Shown here: piece after piece, positions 36,475 to 46,573 of the stretch
How the letters are laid out: the number at the start of each line of letters is the position of its first letter
Numbering within the stretch: position 1 is the stretch's first letter
From: Patescibacteria group bacterium
GTDB taxonomy: Bacteria; Patescibacteriota; Minisyncoccia; Phycocordibacterales; Phycocordibacteraceae
DNA length: 64,000 nucleotides
Direction: 5' to 3'
Assembly (NCBI GenBank): GCA_040388985.1
Contig: JAZKAU010000002.1
Coordinates: 183,642-247,641, forward strand
Notes under the pieces: generated by a model
Told to the model about the DNA's origin: nothing
Databases searched by the model: none
What the model saw: only the letters and a program-made list of their open reading frames with translations
Translations under genes and position numbers: made by a program

Positions 36475-37732
36475 ATTCCTCCACAAGTTCGGTATCGTGC
36501 TCGCGGACCGCGCGCTCCGCGCGCGCATCCTCTTCCTCATCGGCGCCGTCGCCGTCTTCCGTCTGCTCGCTGCCATACCGATTCCCGGAGTGAACCGCGC
36601 CGCTCTCGAAGAGTTCTTCACGACGAACCAGTTCGTAGGACTCCTCAACGTCTTCTCCGGAGGCGGCTTTTCCAATATCTCGCTCGTGCTGCTCGGCGTC
36701 GGGCCCTACATCACCGCATCCATCTTCATGCAGCTGTGCACCGTGCTCTTCCCGAAGATAAAGGAGATGTCGACCGAGGAAGGAGAGGCCGGCCGCGCCC
36801 GCTTCATCTCCATCTCGCGCATGATCACGATACCTATCGCGCTCCTGCAGGGAATCGCCTTTCTTTCGCTCCTTCAGAATCAGGGCATATTGAACGCGCT
36901 TACGCCGTTCCAGTTCGGCGTCGACGTTCTCCTTATCGCGGCAGGTACCATTCTGCTCATGTGGGTAGGCGAGCTCATGACGGAATTCGGTATCGGCAAC
37001 GGCGTCTCGCTCATCATCTTCGTCGGTATCGTCTCGCGCATCCCGGGCGGCATCGCGCAGCTCCTGTTCACGGCGACTGCGGCTAATATTCCCGCATACC
37101 TCGGTTTTGCGGCGCTTACGGTAGCGGTCGTGTATGCAGTCGTCGTCGTCGCAGACGCCGAGCGCTCCATACCTATAGCCTACGCACGCCAGATGCGCGC
37201 AGGCTCTTCAGGCGCGCCTACCTATCTTCCTATACGTCTCCTGCAGGCCGGCGTCATTCCGATAATCTTCGCGCTCTCGCTCCTGCTCCTGCCACAGCTC
37301 GTCCTTGCGGGACTCAGCGCCGGGCATGTGGGCTTCGCAGCTTCCGCCAACCTCTGGTACAAGGCCTTCGCGGCTAATACCTGGGCCTACAGCGCCGTCT
37401 ACTTCGCGCTCGTCGTCATGTTCACCTATTTCTACACGGCCATAACCTTCGAGCCGCATCGCGTCGCCGACAACCTCCAGAAGTCCGGCGCCTTCGTTCC
37501 TGGAGTCCGTCCCGGTCGCGAGACCGAGAACTACATCAGCACGGTCGTCAATCGCATCACCCTTCCGGGCGCGCTCTTCCTGGGCCTCGTCGCCGTCGTC
37601 CCGTTCATCATCCAGGGCATCACGGGCATCACCGCAATCCTCGTGGGCGGTACGGCGCTCCTCATCGCGGTTCAAGTTCTCCTCGATCTGGTCCGCAAGG
37701 TGGATGCCCAGGTCTCGCTCCGCGAATACTAG
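36464..37732 (+). CDS. secY: preprotein translocase subunit SecY
   Basis: 10-TM protein; FALGIMPYITASIIMQL-like motif (GVGPYITASIFMQL); position after rplO. Confidence 0.95.
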   Translation: MFAKFLHKFGIVLADRALRARILFLIGAVAVFRLLAAIPIPGVNRAALEEFFTTNQFVGLLNVFSGGGFSNISLVLLGVGPYITASIFMQLCTVLFPKIKEMSTEEGEAGRARFISISRMITIPIALLQGIAFLSLLQNQGILNALTPFQFGVDVLLIAAGTILLMWVGELMTEFGIGNGVSLIIFVGIVSRIPGGIAQLLFTATAANIPAYLGFAALTVAVVYAVVVVADAERSIPIAYARQMRAGSSGAPTYLPIRLLQAGVIPIIFALSLLLLPQLVLAGLSAGHVGFAASANLWYKAFAANTWAYSAVYFALVVMFTYFYTAITFEPHRVADNLQKSGAFVPGVRPGRETENYISTVVNRITLPGALFLGLVAVVPFIIQGITGITAILVGGTALLIAVQVLLDLVRKVDAQVSLREY

Positions 37733-37753
37733 ATAAGCTGATAGACTTCCGGC

Positions 37754-38707
37754 ATGAAGCGAAGTCTCCTCGGCATCAGTGCGATTCTCATCCTTGCGAT
37801 TCTGGCGACAGCCTCTCTGCTCATCCCCAAAGCGTTAATGCCAGCCGATTCAGCTTCGTCTGCGTGGCTTCCCGCCAGTTCCTTGCCTACGCATTACGAT
37901 ATAAATAATGTCCTCACATGGTACTGGACCGATGGAACGAAGATCTATTGCATGGGCGGGACGATTCAGCGGGAATTGAAAGACGTTGATGTTGATACGT
38001 TCGAATTCTCTGCCCTTTATGCGTATGCAAGGGATAAGAACCATGTGTTCTATGGCGACGAGATCCTGCCGGGCGTAGATCCCGCGACCTTCGAAGTCCT
38101 CGATACGACGTACGCAAAAGACGCCACTCACGTCTATACCCAAGGAAACCAGCTCATAGAGGGTGCTGATGCCGCGACATTCACCAGCGTACCCGTTTCG
38201 CAATTCCAAGGTCCCTATGGAAAGGACAGGGCTCATGTGTACTGGCTCACCCATACGCTACCCAAGGCCGACCCCGCCACTTTCACAGTGAGTGACGAGG
38301 GCATTCACGATAAGAATTGGATATATCAGAACGATGGGCTATTCGGACCTGTATCGCTCATAACGGATAATCGGCGATACGCCGGCGCGCTTCCTGGTGA
38401 CTGCACCAAGGCAGGGAACGGACACGATCCTATCGTTCCTTCGAGCTACCCGGAACTATTTTCAGAGAATCTCCGGGTCATAGGATATGTGAGTAGTGAT
38501 GCGACGTGTGTTATAGATAAGGGATCTGGTACGGCGCAGTATTTTGAATACGGCACAGATCAGGGAGCGGAACTCTCGAAGGACGGCTCAAGACTCTATT
38601 TTATGAAGTATATGAGCGAAGGCCAGGCTGTGAATGGCGAGGAGTGTCCGTCGTGCGGCAAGTATGCTATCGATCGAATCACAGGAGTAATCAATAAGGT
38701 ACAGTAA
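37754..38707 (+). CDS. secreted DKNYY-repeat family protein
   Basis: Signal peptide; repeats DKNHVFYGDE..DPATFEV, DATHVYTQGN..DAATFTSV, DRAHVYWLTH..DPATFTV and DKNWIYQND. Confidence 0.65.
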   Translation: MKRSLLGISAILILAILATASLLIPKALMPADSASSAWLPASSLPTHYDINNVLTWYWTDGTKIYCMGGTIQRELKDVDVDTFEFSALYAYARDKNHVFYGDEILPGVDPATFEVLDTTYAKDATHVYTQGNQLIEGADAATFTSVPVSQFQGPYGKDRAHVYWLTHTLPKADPATFTVSDEGIHDKNWIYQNDGLFGPVSLITDNRRYAGALPGDCTKAGNGHDPIVPSSYPELFSENLRVIGYVSSDATCVIDKGSGTAQYFEYGTDQGAELSKDGSRLYFMKYMSEGQAVNGEECPSCGKYAIDRITGVINKVQ

Positions 38708-38711
38708 GCAT

Positions 38712-39302
38712 ATGAATTATCCTGGAACCTTTGTCATCATCGTGGGCGCTGCAGGAAGCGGGAAGGGCGTCCTTATACGGCGTGCGAAGGAGCTGCATCC
38801 GGAGATCGTATTCGCTGTCAGCGCGACGACGCGCACGATACGTCCTGGAGAGACAGATGGCCATCCCTATCATTTCCTTTCGAAGGAAGCCTTCGAAGCG
38901 CGCATCGAATCAGGCGACTTCCTCGAATGGGCGGCTATAGATGGCGGGAAGCTCTATGGAACCCCGAAGGAGGAAGTGATCCCGGTACTCATGAGTGGGG
39001 GTATCGTACTGAAGGAGATGGAGGTCCAGGGTGTGCACCAAGTGCAGCAGATCCTCCCGAAGGAGAATCTGGTGACGGTCTATATCGATGCGGGGCCATG
39101 GGAGAGTCTGTCCAAGCGCATACAGGGGCGCGCTCCTATAAGCGCCGAAGAGCTCGAATCCAGGCGGCTGCGATTTGAATACGAGAAGTCATTCAAGGAT
39201 GAAGCGACGTACGTCGTAGAGAATCTGGACGGCAGATTCGATGAGGCCGACGCGGCCTTCGCTGATATCATCAGCGGGGTCATCACAGGTGCGAAGCAGT
39301 AG
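38712..39302 (+). CDS. gmk: guanylate kinase
   Basis: GAAGSGKGV P-loop and SATTRTIRPGETDGHPYHFLSKEAFE...GDFLEWAAIDGGKLYGT. Confidence 0.88.
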   Translation: MNYPGTFVIIVGAAGSGKGVLIRRAKELHPEIVFAVSATTRTIRPGETDGHPYHFLSKEAFEARIESGDFLEWAAIDGGKLYGTPKEEVIPVLMSGGIVLKEMEVQGVHQVQQILPKENLVTVYIDAGPWESLSKRIQGRAPISAEELESRRLRFEYEKSFKDEATYVVENLDGRFDEADAAFADIISGVITGAKQ

Positions 39303-39326
39303 GTTTATTGCTACGATAGATACTGC

Positions 39327-39908
39327 ATGGAACGCGCGACTACTAATACGATACTCCTTATCGGCAAGCCCGGAAGCGGGAAGGGAACACAGGCCAAGCT
39401 CCTATCCGAGCGTCTCGGGTGGATACGCCTCTCGTCGGGGGATAGGTTCAAGCAGATACGAGATGGCAGCGAGCCGTTCTCGGAACGCGTACGGTCCATA
39501 TACGACAAAGGCACGCTTTTGCCGGATTGGTTCGCTGACTATCTGCTCGAGAGCAGCTTACTCAGTCTTGATGCGCACGTCGGAGTCATCTGCGAGGGGT
39601 TCGGAAGGACGCTCAGTCAGGCACAGCACCTGAGCGAGATAACCGAATGGCTTGGCAGGAGTCTTTTGGTGATAAACCTTGAGGTATCCGACGAGGAAGT
39701 CGTGCGGCGGATGATGAGCCGCAGCCTCGTGCAGGATCGTCCGGACAGTAACAGCGAAGAGAAGATACGCACACGGCTCGCGCAGTTCGCGAGCGAGACC
39801 GCTCCTGCCCTCGAATTCTTCAAGAAGCTCGGACTCGTGAAGGATGTAGACGGCGAACTCAATCCGGAGGGAGTCGCAGGCGCTATCGAAGCTACCCTCA
39901 AGGCATAA
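39327..39908 (+). CDS. adk: adenylate kinase
   Basis: ILLIGKPGSGKGTQAKLLSERLG...LDGFPRT-like CEGFGRTLSQA. Confidence 0.88.
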   Translation: MERATTNTILLIGKPGSGKGTQAKLLSERLGWIRLSSGDRFKQIRDGSEPFSERVRSIYDKGTLLPDWFADYLLESSLLSLDAHVGVICEGFGRTLSQAQHLSEITEWLGRSLLVINLEVSDEEVVRRMMSRSLVQDRPDSNSEEKIRTRLAQFASETAPALEFFKKLGLVKDVDGELNPEGVAGAIEATLKA

Positions 39909-39913
39909 GCTGC

Positions 39914-40693
39914 ATGATCGTACGAACACCTGAAGAACGCACCGACATCATCGAAGCCGGACGCCGGCTCGGCGCGGTGATAGATGAGGTAGCGAAAGCC
40001 GTGAAGCCTGGAGTTTCCACGCTCGAACTCGACACGCTTGCAGAGTCCCTCATCCGCGAAGGAGGCGACGTGCCAGCCTTCAAGGGCTACACGCCTGAGG
40101 GCGTCTCGTACCCGTACCCAGCGACGCTCTGCGTGTCCGTGAACGACGAAGTCGTTCACGGTATTCCGTCCGCTTCGCGGCGGCTTATGGAAGGGGATAT
40201 AGTCTCCCTTGATCTGGGACTCATTCATAACGGCCTCGTGACCGACTCTGCGACTACGGTTGCCGTGGGAACGACCGACAAGCAGTCTTATGCGCTCATG
40301 GACGCCACGCGTGAGTCTTTGGAGGCTGCTATACGGGCCGCTCGCCCGGGAAACAGGATAGGGGACATCTCGCACGCAACTGAAGAAGCGTTCAAGGACA
40401 CCGGCTTTTCTGTAGTTAAGGTTCTCGGCGGACACGGCGTAGGTCGCGCAGTGCACGAGGAGCCGTTCATCGGAAATGCAGGACATCCTGGAACGGGCCC
40501 CGAGATAGTGTCCGGCATGGTGCTTGCGCTTGAACCTATCGCGAACGCTGGGAAAGCCGCCGTGCACCTGATGCCCGACGATTATACCTTCCGCACTCGC
40601 GACGGCTCGAAGAGCGCGCATTTCGAGCACACCATACTCATCGAAGACGACGAGACAATCGTCATAACCCGTAGAGCGAGCGAAGCCGCGTAG
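39914..40693 (+). CDS. map: methionine aminopeptidase type I
   Basis: Pita-bread fold motifs (...HGIPS...DIVSLDLG...GHGVGRAVHEEP...); position after adk. Confidence 0.9.
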   Translation: MIVRTPEERTDIIEAGRRLGAVIDEVAKAVKPGVSTLELDTLAESLIREGGDVPAFKGYTPEGVSYPYPATLCVSVNDEVVHGIPSASRRLMEGDIVSLDLGLIHNGLVTDSATTVAVGTTDKQSYALMDATRESLEAAIRAARPGNRIGDISHATEEAFKDTGFSVVKVLGGHGVGRAVHEEPFIGNAGHPGTGPEIVSGMVLALEPIANAGKAAVHLMPDDYTFRTRDGSKSAHFEHTILIEDDETIVITRRASEAA

Positions 40694-40760
40694 CTCCTTC
40701 ATGAAGTCCTCACCCTGCAGGTGGGAAACTGGATGGATACTCATCTAACATTTCTAGACT

Positions 40761-40991
40761 ATGACAACTATCGTCAATACTCCTAATTCAGACGGAGGAG
40801 GAAGTAGCGGATGGGTCGTCGCGGTTATCGTACTGCTCGTCGTCATTATCGGCGGATACTTCGCCTGGGCGCATTACGGACGTTCAGCTCCGGCAAGTCC
40901 TTCCGCGAACATAAACGTGACGCTTCCTGGGGGAGGCAGCGATAGCGGCGCTCCGACTCCGGCTCCTCAGAGCTCCGGTACCGGGTACTAA
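40761..40991 (+). CDS. small single-TM protein
   Basis: 76 aa with a GWVVAVIVLLVVIIGGYFAW TM segment and G/S/P-rich tails; followed by a long palindromic terminator at 41004-41040. Confidence 0.3.
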   Translation: MTTIVNTPNSDGGGSSGWVVAVIVLLVVIIGGYFAWAHYGRSAPASPSANINVTLPGGGSDSGAPTPAPQSSGTGY

Positions 40992-41090
40992 GACCGACTG
41001 ACCAAAACAAGCCCGGCCGCTCGCGCGGCCGGGCTTGTTTTGGTATACTGCATGCATATAAGCGCCGCAGGCGATTTTTCATTCCAGGAC

Positions 41091-41702
41091 ATGTCCACCC
41101 CTCACCCAAGCTCCGAGCGTACGCTCGTTATCGTTAAGCCAGACGGCGTTCAGCGCGGTCTCATCGGCGAAGCCATCAAGCGCTATGAGAATGTCGGTCT
41201 CAAACTCGTCGGCATAAAGATCGGCGTGCCTGATGCCGAGAAGATTGAGCAGCACTACACGCTTGATCCCGAGTGGCGCCGTATCACCGGCGAGAAGACC
41301 ATCGAGAGCTACCGTAAGAAAGACCTCACCCCACCGTCCGAAGATCCGCTCGAGATAACGGCAGTCATCCTGGCGAATCTCAAGACCTATATGACCTCGG
41401 GCCCCGTAGTCTTCATGGTCTGGCAGGGCGCGCATGCGGTGAAGATCGTCCGTAAGTTGACCGGCGGCACCGAGCCGCTCACGTCAGATGTCGGTACCAT
41501 CCGTGGCGACTACGTCCTCGACTCCTATCAGATGTCAGACCGTGATAATCGCGCTGTCCGTAATGTCATTCATGCCTCCGGCTCGCCTGAAGAGGCTGAT
41601 ATGGAAATCAAGCACTGGTTCCTTCCGAGCGAACTCGTCGAATATCGTCTTCTCAACGAAAGCATCCTCTACGACGCCAACCTCGACGGCATCCTCGACT
41701 AA
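41091..41702 (+). CDS. ndk: nucleoside diphosphate kinase (with ~50-aa internal insertion)
   Basis: ERTLVIVKPDGVQRGLIGEAIKRYE and the active-site NVIHASGS; 203 aa versus the usual ~140. Confidence 0.8.
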   Translation: MSTPHPSSERTLVIVKPDGVQRGLIGEAIKRYENVGLKLVGIKIGVPDAEKIEQHYTLDPEWRRITGEKTIESYRKKDLTPPSEDPLEITAVILANLKTYMTSGPVVFMVWQGAHAVKIVRKLTGGTEPLTSDVGTIRGDYVLDSYQMSDRDNRAVRNVIHASGSPEEADMEIKHWFLPSELVEYRLLNESILYDANLDGILD

Positions 41703-41707
41703 TTCCC

Positions 41708-41766
41708 GCAAGATAGTGAAAAACCCCTGGAATGCATCGCATTCCAGGGGTTTTTCACTATCTTGC
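41708..41766. repeat. 59-nt perfect hairpin (28-bp arms, 3-nt loop), bidirectional terminator or operator
   Basis: GCAAGATAGTGAAAAACCCCTGGAATGC-atc-GCATTCCAGGGGTTTTTCACTATCTTGC. Confidence 0.6.
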
Positions 41767-41993
41767 CAATAGGCTATACTGGCTTTCGTAGTCATCCCAA
41801 ACGTCAACTTGTACATTCCTCGGGAGTCTTATATCCCGCGAATTCAGTGATGGCCTTCGGCTGTCTACGAACGCGCGATGCGGACACCCACGTGGCTTCG
41901 AAAGTTGCCACACGGGGTGGCTACGCGACAAAACCGGCCTTGGCCGGTTTTGTCGTTCAGGCTCTTCCATGTCGGTGTGCTAGGCTTAGACCT

Positions 41994-42350
41994 ATGAACC
42001 GAAGGCCGCTCTTCGCAGCGCTCATCCTGACCGCTCTCCTGCTCGCGCTGCATCTCTACGGCCTCTCGACCTATTTCTATTGGTATCATCGTTGGTTCGA
42101 CATACCGATGCATATCCTCGGTGGAGCAGCTATCGGTGCATTTCTCCTTGCCTTCTTTGCGGTGCGCCGCACAGCGCTCTACTTCTCCTGCATGCTCGCC
42201 GTTGCCGTCATATGGGAGATTTTTGAGTACATCATGGGTATCTCTACCGGGCAATCCGGCTATTGGTTCGACACGATAAAAGATATACTTGATGGAATGA
42301 TCGGCTCCGGCATTACGTTCGCAGTCGCTAAGAAATCAACATGGCATTAA
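41994..42350 (+). CDS. small polytopic membrane protein
   Basis: ATG at 41994 (MNRRPLFAALILTALLL...); 3-4 TM helices; the listed ORF extends upstream through a structured non-coding region. Confidence 0.4.
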   Translation: MNRRPLFAALILTALLLALHLYGLSTYFYWYHRWFDIPMHILGGAAIGAFLLAFFAVRRTALYFSCMLAVAVIWEIFEYIMGISTGQSGYWFDTIKDILDGMIGSGITFAVAKKSTWH

Positions 42351-43738
42351 CTCTTACATTCTCAGGCGGTGCTGAAACGGTGACCGGTTCGAATTTCCTC
42401 GTGGAAGGTCCGAAGGGGAAGCTGCTGGTCGACTGCGGCATCGAGCAAGGCAAGGACTTCTGCCAAGAGTGCATGTATGCGCCCTTTCCGTACGACGTAC
42501 CGAGCGTGAACGCAGTCGTCATCACCCACGCGCATCTCGACCACATCGGACGTCTCCCGAAGCTCATGCGCGAAGGCTTCAAAGGGAAGATTTACATGAC
42601 TGCGCCCACAAAGGACCTGACCCAGCTCATTCTCGACGACTCGGCGCGCATCATGGCGGAGGACGCGCGCGAAAAAGGATTGCCGCTTCTCTATGACGAG
42701 CGCGATGTCCTCGCTGCCATGGCGCTCGTGGAAATCGTCGACTACCACGTTGAGTGGGAAGCCGCGCCAGGCCTCTCCTGCATCCTGCGGAACACCGGGC
42801 ACATCTTAGGCTCTGCCTCCGTGCGCATCCGCGACCTATCGGACGGCCCTGACGGCGTGACGCTCGCGCTTACTGGCGACATCGGCAACTCGCCGTCGCC
42901 GTATCTGCCGGACCCCGAAGCTATTCCCGACGCCGATGTCATGGTCATGGAGAGCGTCTATGGCGATAGGCTCCACACGCACGTAAGCGAACGCGTGGAC
43001 GAGCTTCAGAAGGCACTCGGCGCGGCAATTGCGCGCGGCGGCACCATTCTCATCCCCGCCTTCTCGCTCGAGCGTACCCAGCTCATGCTCTACGAGATGA
43101 GCAATCTCATGGAAGCGGGGAAGCTGCCGAAGATCCCGGTCTTCCTCGACTCCCCGCTCGCCATCAAAGCCACCGACGTATATCGCAAATGGGCGGAGAA
43201 ATTCTTCAAGGACGCCGTAAAGGACGAATTGCATCGCGAACATGACATCTTCAATTTCCCGTTTCTCACCGAGACCCTCACGCGCGAAGAATCAGAGAAG
43301 ATAGCGAGCGCTCCGTCGCCTAAGATAATCATGGCGGGCGCGGGCATGTCGCACGGCGGCCGTATCGGCCGCTGGGAGCAGCTCTATCTTCCGGACCCAA
43401 CCACCACGCTCTTCATCGTCGGCTATCAGGCTCCCGGCTCTCCCGGGCGCCTGCTCCAGGACGGCGCTACCAGCGTCCGGCTGGGCGGAAAGGCAGTCTC
43501 CATACGCGCGCAGATACAGTCCTTCACCGGCTGGTCAGCGCATGCCGATCGTGACGGGCTCCTCGCCTTCGCAAAGATGACCCTTCCGCGCACGAAGACC
43601 ATCTTCACAGCGCTCGGTGAGCCGTCAGCAAGCCGCTTCCTCGCGCAGCGCATCCATGACTACTTGGGCGTAAAGGCGATCGTACCCACTGAAGGCCAGA
43701 AGTGGCAGATTACCAAGGACGGTGTACGAGAAATCTAG
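42341..43738 (+). CDS. MBL-fold beta-CASP ribonuclease (RNase J-like)
   Basis: HAHLDHIGRLP (HxHxDH), a beta-CASP region and a C-terminal domain; 465 aa. Confidence 0.7.
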   Translation: MALTLTFSGGAETVTGSNFLVEGPKGKLLVDCGIEQGKDFCQECMYAPFPYDVPSVNAVVITHAHLDHIGRLPKLMREGFKGKIYMTAPTKDLTQLILDDSARIMAEDAREKGLPLLYDERDVLAAMALVEIVDYHVEWEAAPGLSCILRNTGHILGSASVRIRDLSDGPDGVTLALTGDIGNSPSPYLPDPEAIPDADVMVMESVYGDRLHTHVSERVDELQKALGAAIARGGTILIPAFSLERTQLMLYEMSNLMEAGKLPKIPVFLDSPLAIKATDVYRKWAEKFFKDAVKDELHREHDIFNFPFLTETLTREESEKIASAPSPKIIMAGAGMSHGGRIGRWEQLYLPDPTTTLFIVGYQAPGSPGRLLQDGATSVRLGGKAVSIRAQIQSFTGWSAHADRDGLLAFAKMTLPRTKTIFTALGEPSASRFLAQRIHDYLGVKAIVPTEGQKWQITKDGVREI

Positions 43739-43741
43739 TTT

Positions 43742-44377
43742 ATGAATAGTTATAGAATCTACGGAATAGCATGTGTCGTAGCATGCCCCATCGTAGTTTC
43801 TGGAGTGCTAGTCTTCAGGCACCTGCATACCGCTTCTACTGATACCTCGAGCTTGCCCGAAGCTTCCCAAGAACAGACTCCCGAGCAGAAAGCCGGGGAA
43901 ATAGAGAAAAGCTATACGCTCGCTGCAGACGAGCACAGGCTTATCGTCGCCGGTGAGCGGAACTCATATTACTGTAAGATTCGCCACGGATACGAAGGAC
44001 CCGACTCATGCGGAATCTTTCTAGAGAACGGAGGTGTGTATACATATACTGGCTTTACGGCAACTGATCCGGACTCAACGCTGCTGGTATCGCCGGATAA
44101 GAAGCATATCCTCGTTATTCCCGCTATGGACACGGCTGTGCTCATTACGGTTCTGGACGGATCAAGCCGGGCAATCTACACGGCTCCAAAAGATACGTAT
44201 CTGGGGGTGCTTACGGGCAATGCCGACTTTAAGGGTCGCGCGCGCTGGAGTGACAATTCGCATATCGAGTTGAAGGTCTACTCAGTGGAAGACGCGGGGA
44301 CTGATGAAAGAAATGAGGTAATCGGCAAGGGGAAAGAGGAGTCCAAACCGGTACAGACCGAGATGGTTAGTATTTAA
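43742..44377 (+). CDS. membrane-anchored hypothetical protein
   Basis: N-terminal TM; no recognisable motif. Confidence 0.4.
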   Translation: MNSYRIYGIACVVACPIVVSGVLVFRHLHTASTDTSSLPEASQEQTPEQKAGEIEKSYTLAADEHRLIVAGERNSYYCKIRHGYEGPDSCGIFLENGGVYTYTGFTATDPDSTLLVSPDKKHILVIPAMDTAVLITVLDGSSRAIYTAPKDTYLGVLTGNADFKGRARWSDNSHIELKVYSVEDAGTDERNEVIGKGKEESKPVQTEMVSI

Positions 44378-44388
44378 TCTTCTATCTT

Positions 44389-44724
44389 ATGGCACTAGCG
44401 CATTCACAAGTAACGACCGCATTCGAGCTCGACGGTCATCGTATCACCAAGAACCTCGGAATCGTCCGTGGCATCACGGTGCGCTCGCGTTCGATCGTGG
44501 GCTCTATCGGCGCAGGCTTCCAGTCGATACTGGGCGGCAACATCACGCTTCTCGAGACGCTCTGTGAGCGCGCTCGGGAGCAGGCATTCGAGCGTCTGCT
44601 TGAACACGCTGAAGCCATGGGCGCGAACGCCGTCATTGGCATGCGGTATGACGCCACCGAGATTGGCTCAGGAATCACCGAAGTCCTCGCCTACGGTACG
44701 GCGGTTGCTACTGAATCCGCGTAG
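44389..44724 (+). CDS. YbjQ/UPF0145 family protein
   Basis: [27 protein letters not shown]...[29 protein letters not shown]. Confidence 0.7.
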   Translation: MALAHSQVTTAFELDGHRITKNLGIVRGITVRSRSIVGSIGAGFQSILGGNITLLETLCERAREQAFERLLEHAEAMGANAVIGMRYDATEIGSGITEVLAYGTAVATESA

Positions 44725-44788
44725 AGGGATAGTGAATGGTCCCATGGTGCTATAGTTACTTCACACAAACATAATCATTATTCTTTAC

Positions 44789-45106
44789 ATGCACACAGGA
44801 TCTATAGTCGGCCTTTTACTCGAAATTGCTCTCGTAGTTGCGGCTTTTCGCGCAATGGCCTCAGTCCGGTCAACGGTATCCAAAGGACAGGTTTCTCAGC
44901 AGAAGCTTGTTGGAAATACGAAGGTAGAAGTAGTCGTTCTGGTGCTTGCAAGCCCGATACTCGCACAGGCTATCTTCTACTACGGTTGGAAGAAACAGCT
45001 CCCAGCAATGGCTCGCAGCGCTAACTTATTCGGGTGGTTATCCATCGTCTTGTGGATTGTCCTGCTCTTTGTTGGGCACTATGTTACTGGGCCTTTATTT
45101 AGCTAG
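44789..45106 (+). CDS. small membrane protein
   Basis: Three hydrophobic segments; followed by a bidirectional terminator at 45110-45150. Confidence 0.35.
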   Translation: MHTGSIVGLLLEIALVVAAFRAMASVRSTVSKGQVSQQKLVGNTKVEVVVLVLASPILAQAIFYYGWKKQLPAMARSANLFGWLSIVLWIVLLFVGHYVTGPLFS

Positions 45107-45162
45107 TTGCCCTAACAAAAAGCGCCCGGCTTTGACGGGCGCTTTTTGTTAGGGCGTTGAAT

Positions 45163-45513
45163 TTACGCCTGCACCTGCTTAGCTATGCGTACGAATACCT
45201 CAGGATGATTCTGGGCGAATTCCGAGAGAACCTTACGGTCGAGTCCCATCTCCTTGCCCTTGAGCTTATTGATGAAGGTGCTGTAGGACTGGTAGCCCTG
45301 CTCGCGGATGGCGGCATTGAGGCGTACGATCCAGAGCTGACGGTAATCCGTCTTCTTGTCGCGGCGGTGATTGAAAGCGTTCTTGCCGGCGTGCACGAGC
45401 GATTCCTTCGCGAGGCGTTCCTTGGTCCCGCGGCCATGGCGGTATCCCTTGGCGCGCGCAAGCACGTTGCGACGGCGCTTGGCTGAAATGACTCCTCCTT
45501 TTACTCGTGACAT
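45163..45513 (-). CDS. rplT: 50S ribosomal protein L20
   Basis: MSRVKGGVISAKRRRNVLARAKGYRHGRG...IVRLNAAIREQG. Confidence 0.95.
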   Translation of the reverse strand: MSRVKGGVISAKRRRNVLARAKGYRHGRGTKERLAKESLVHAGKNAFNHRRDKKTDYRQLWIVRLNAAIREQGYQSYSTFINKLKGKEMGLDRKVLSEFAQNHPEVFVRIAKQVQA

Positions 45514-45552
45514 ACCAGGATTACTTAAAAGATTAAAGAATTGCTCGGCCGA

Positions 45553-45744
45553 TTATTTGCTCGGCGTCGAGAGGAAACTGCGGCGGATGTGATTGCTCAC
45601 GGTCAGCGACTGTGCGCGCTTCTTCACGCCCTTGGTGCGGCCGCTTTCCTTCGCGTTGAAATGGTCCTGACCTGCCTTGCGCACGACAAGCTTGCCGGTC
45701 TTCGTGACGCGTATGCGCTTCGTATAGGATTTGTTAGTTTTCAT
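45553..45744 (-). CDS. rpmI: 50S ribosomal protein L35
   Basis: MKTNKSYTKRIRVTKTGKLVVRKAG. Confidence 0.9.
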   Translation of the reverse strand: MKTNKSYTKRIRVTKTGKLVVRKAGQDHFNAKESGRTKGVKKRAQSLTVSNHIRRSFLSTPSK

Positions 45745-46342
45745 GAGTTTCGGTTGATGAGTCTGGCACGGCGGCTAGGACAGGTGATGCTTCTCCTTCG
45801 GGCTTTGGCGCGGTAGCGCCTGCCTTCGGATCTCGCTCGATGATGGTAGCGAAGCCCTTAGGGGCTCGCGCTACCGGGTCAGCGATGCGATACGCGTACG
45901 GTATGAGCAAGAGGAACTTCTCGAGCCGGGTCTTGAGGAAGGCTTCTTCCATGCCCTTATAACGTCCCTTGAGGAAGAGCTCCGCACGGACCCGGTGACC
46001 CTCAGCCAGCCATTCGGCCGCTTTCCGAGCCTTCAGACGCATATCGTTCTCGCCGGTGCCGACCTTTATCTGCACTTCCTTGGTTTCCGAGACCTTTGCC
46101 TTAGCCCTGGCGGCGCTCTCCTTCTTCTTCAGCTCGTACTGAAATTTACCATAATCCATGATTTTCGCAACGGGCGGGGCCGCATTCGGCGAGATCTCGA
46201 TAAGGTCAAGGCCGGCTGCCTGGGCAGCTTTCAGGGCGTCTGCGCTTGAAATAACGCCCAGATTCTCACCTGCAGCGCCGATAACGCGCAATTGCGGCGC
46301 GCCTATCTCGCGATTTATACGTACTTTCTCGTTAGTTGCCAT
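45734..46342 (-). CDS. infC: translation initiation factor IF-3
   Basis: RINREIGAPQLRVIGAAGENLGVIS...LDLIEISPNAAPPVAKIMDYGKFQYE. Confidence 0.92.
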   Translation of the reverse strand: MATNEKVRINREIGAPQLRVIGAAGENLGVISSADALKAAQAAGLDLIEISPNAAPPVAKIMDYGKFQYELKKKESAARAKAKVSETKEVQIKVGTGENDMRLKARKAAEWLAEGHRVRAELFLKGRYKGMEEAFLKTRLEKFLLLIPYAYRIADPVARAPKGFATIIERDPKAGATAPKPEGEASPVLAAVPDSSTETHEN

Positions 46343-46573
46343 CGGTTGTTTCTCTCAGAATACCATGATAACGGCCAAACTACAACGTTTTCGGAAGATG
46401 TCGGCATCAAGGTACTATAGTAGTAGCCAGGCATTCAAGAAGGGGGATTGAATGGGTACTGTACCCACCTGCGCCCTTCCTTCATGAAGGGAATGGTATA
46501 TAGTGAATGAACTTAAGTTAAGTGACTTAAGTATTAATAACCAGCTGATAGACTCCCGGAACACGCATATCCT

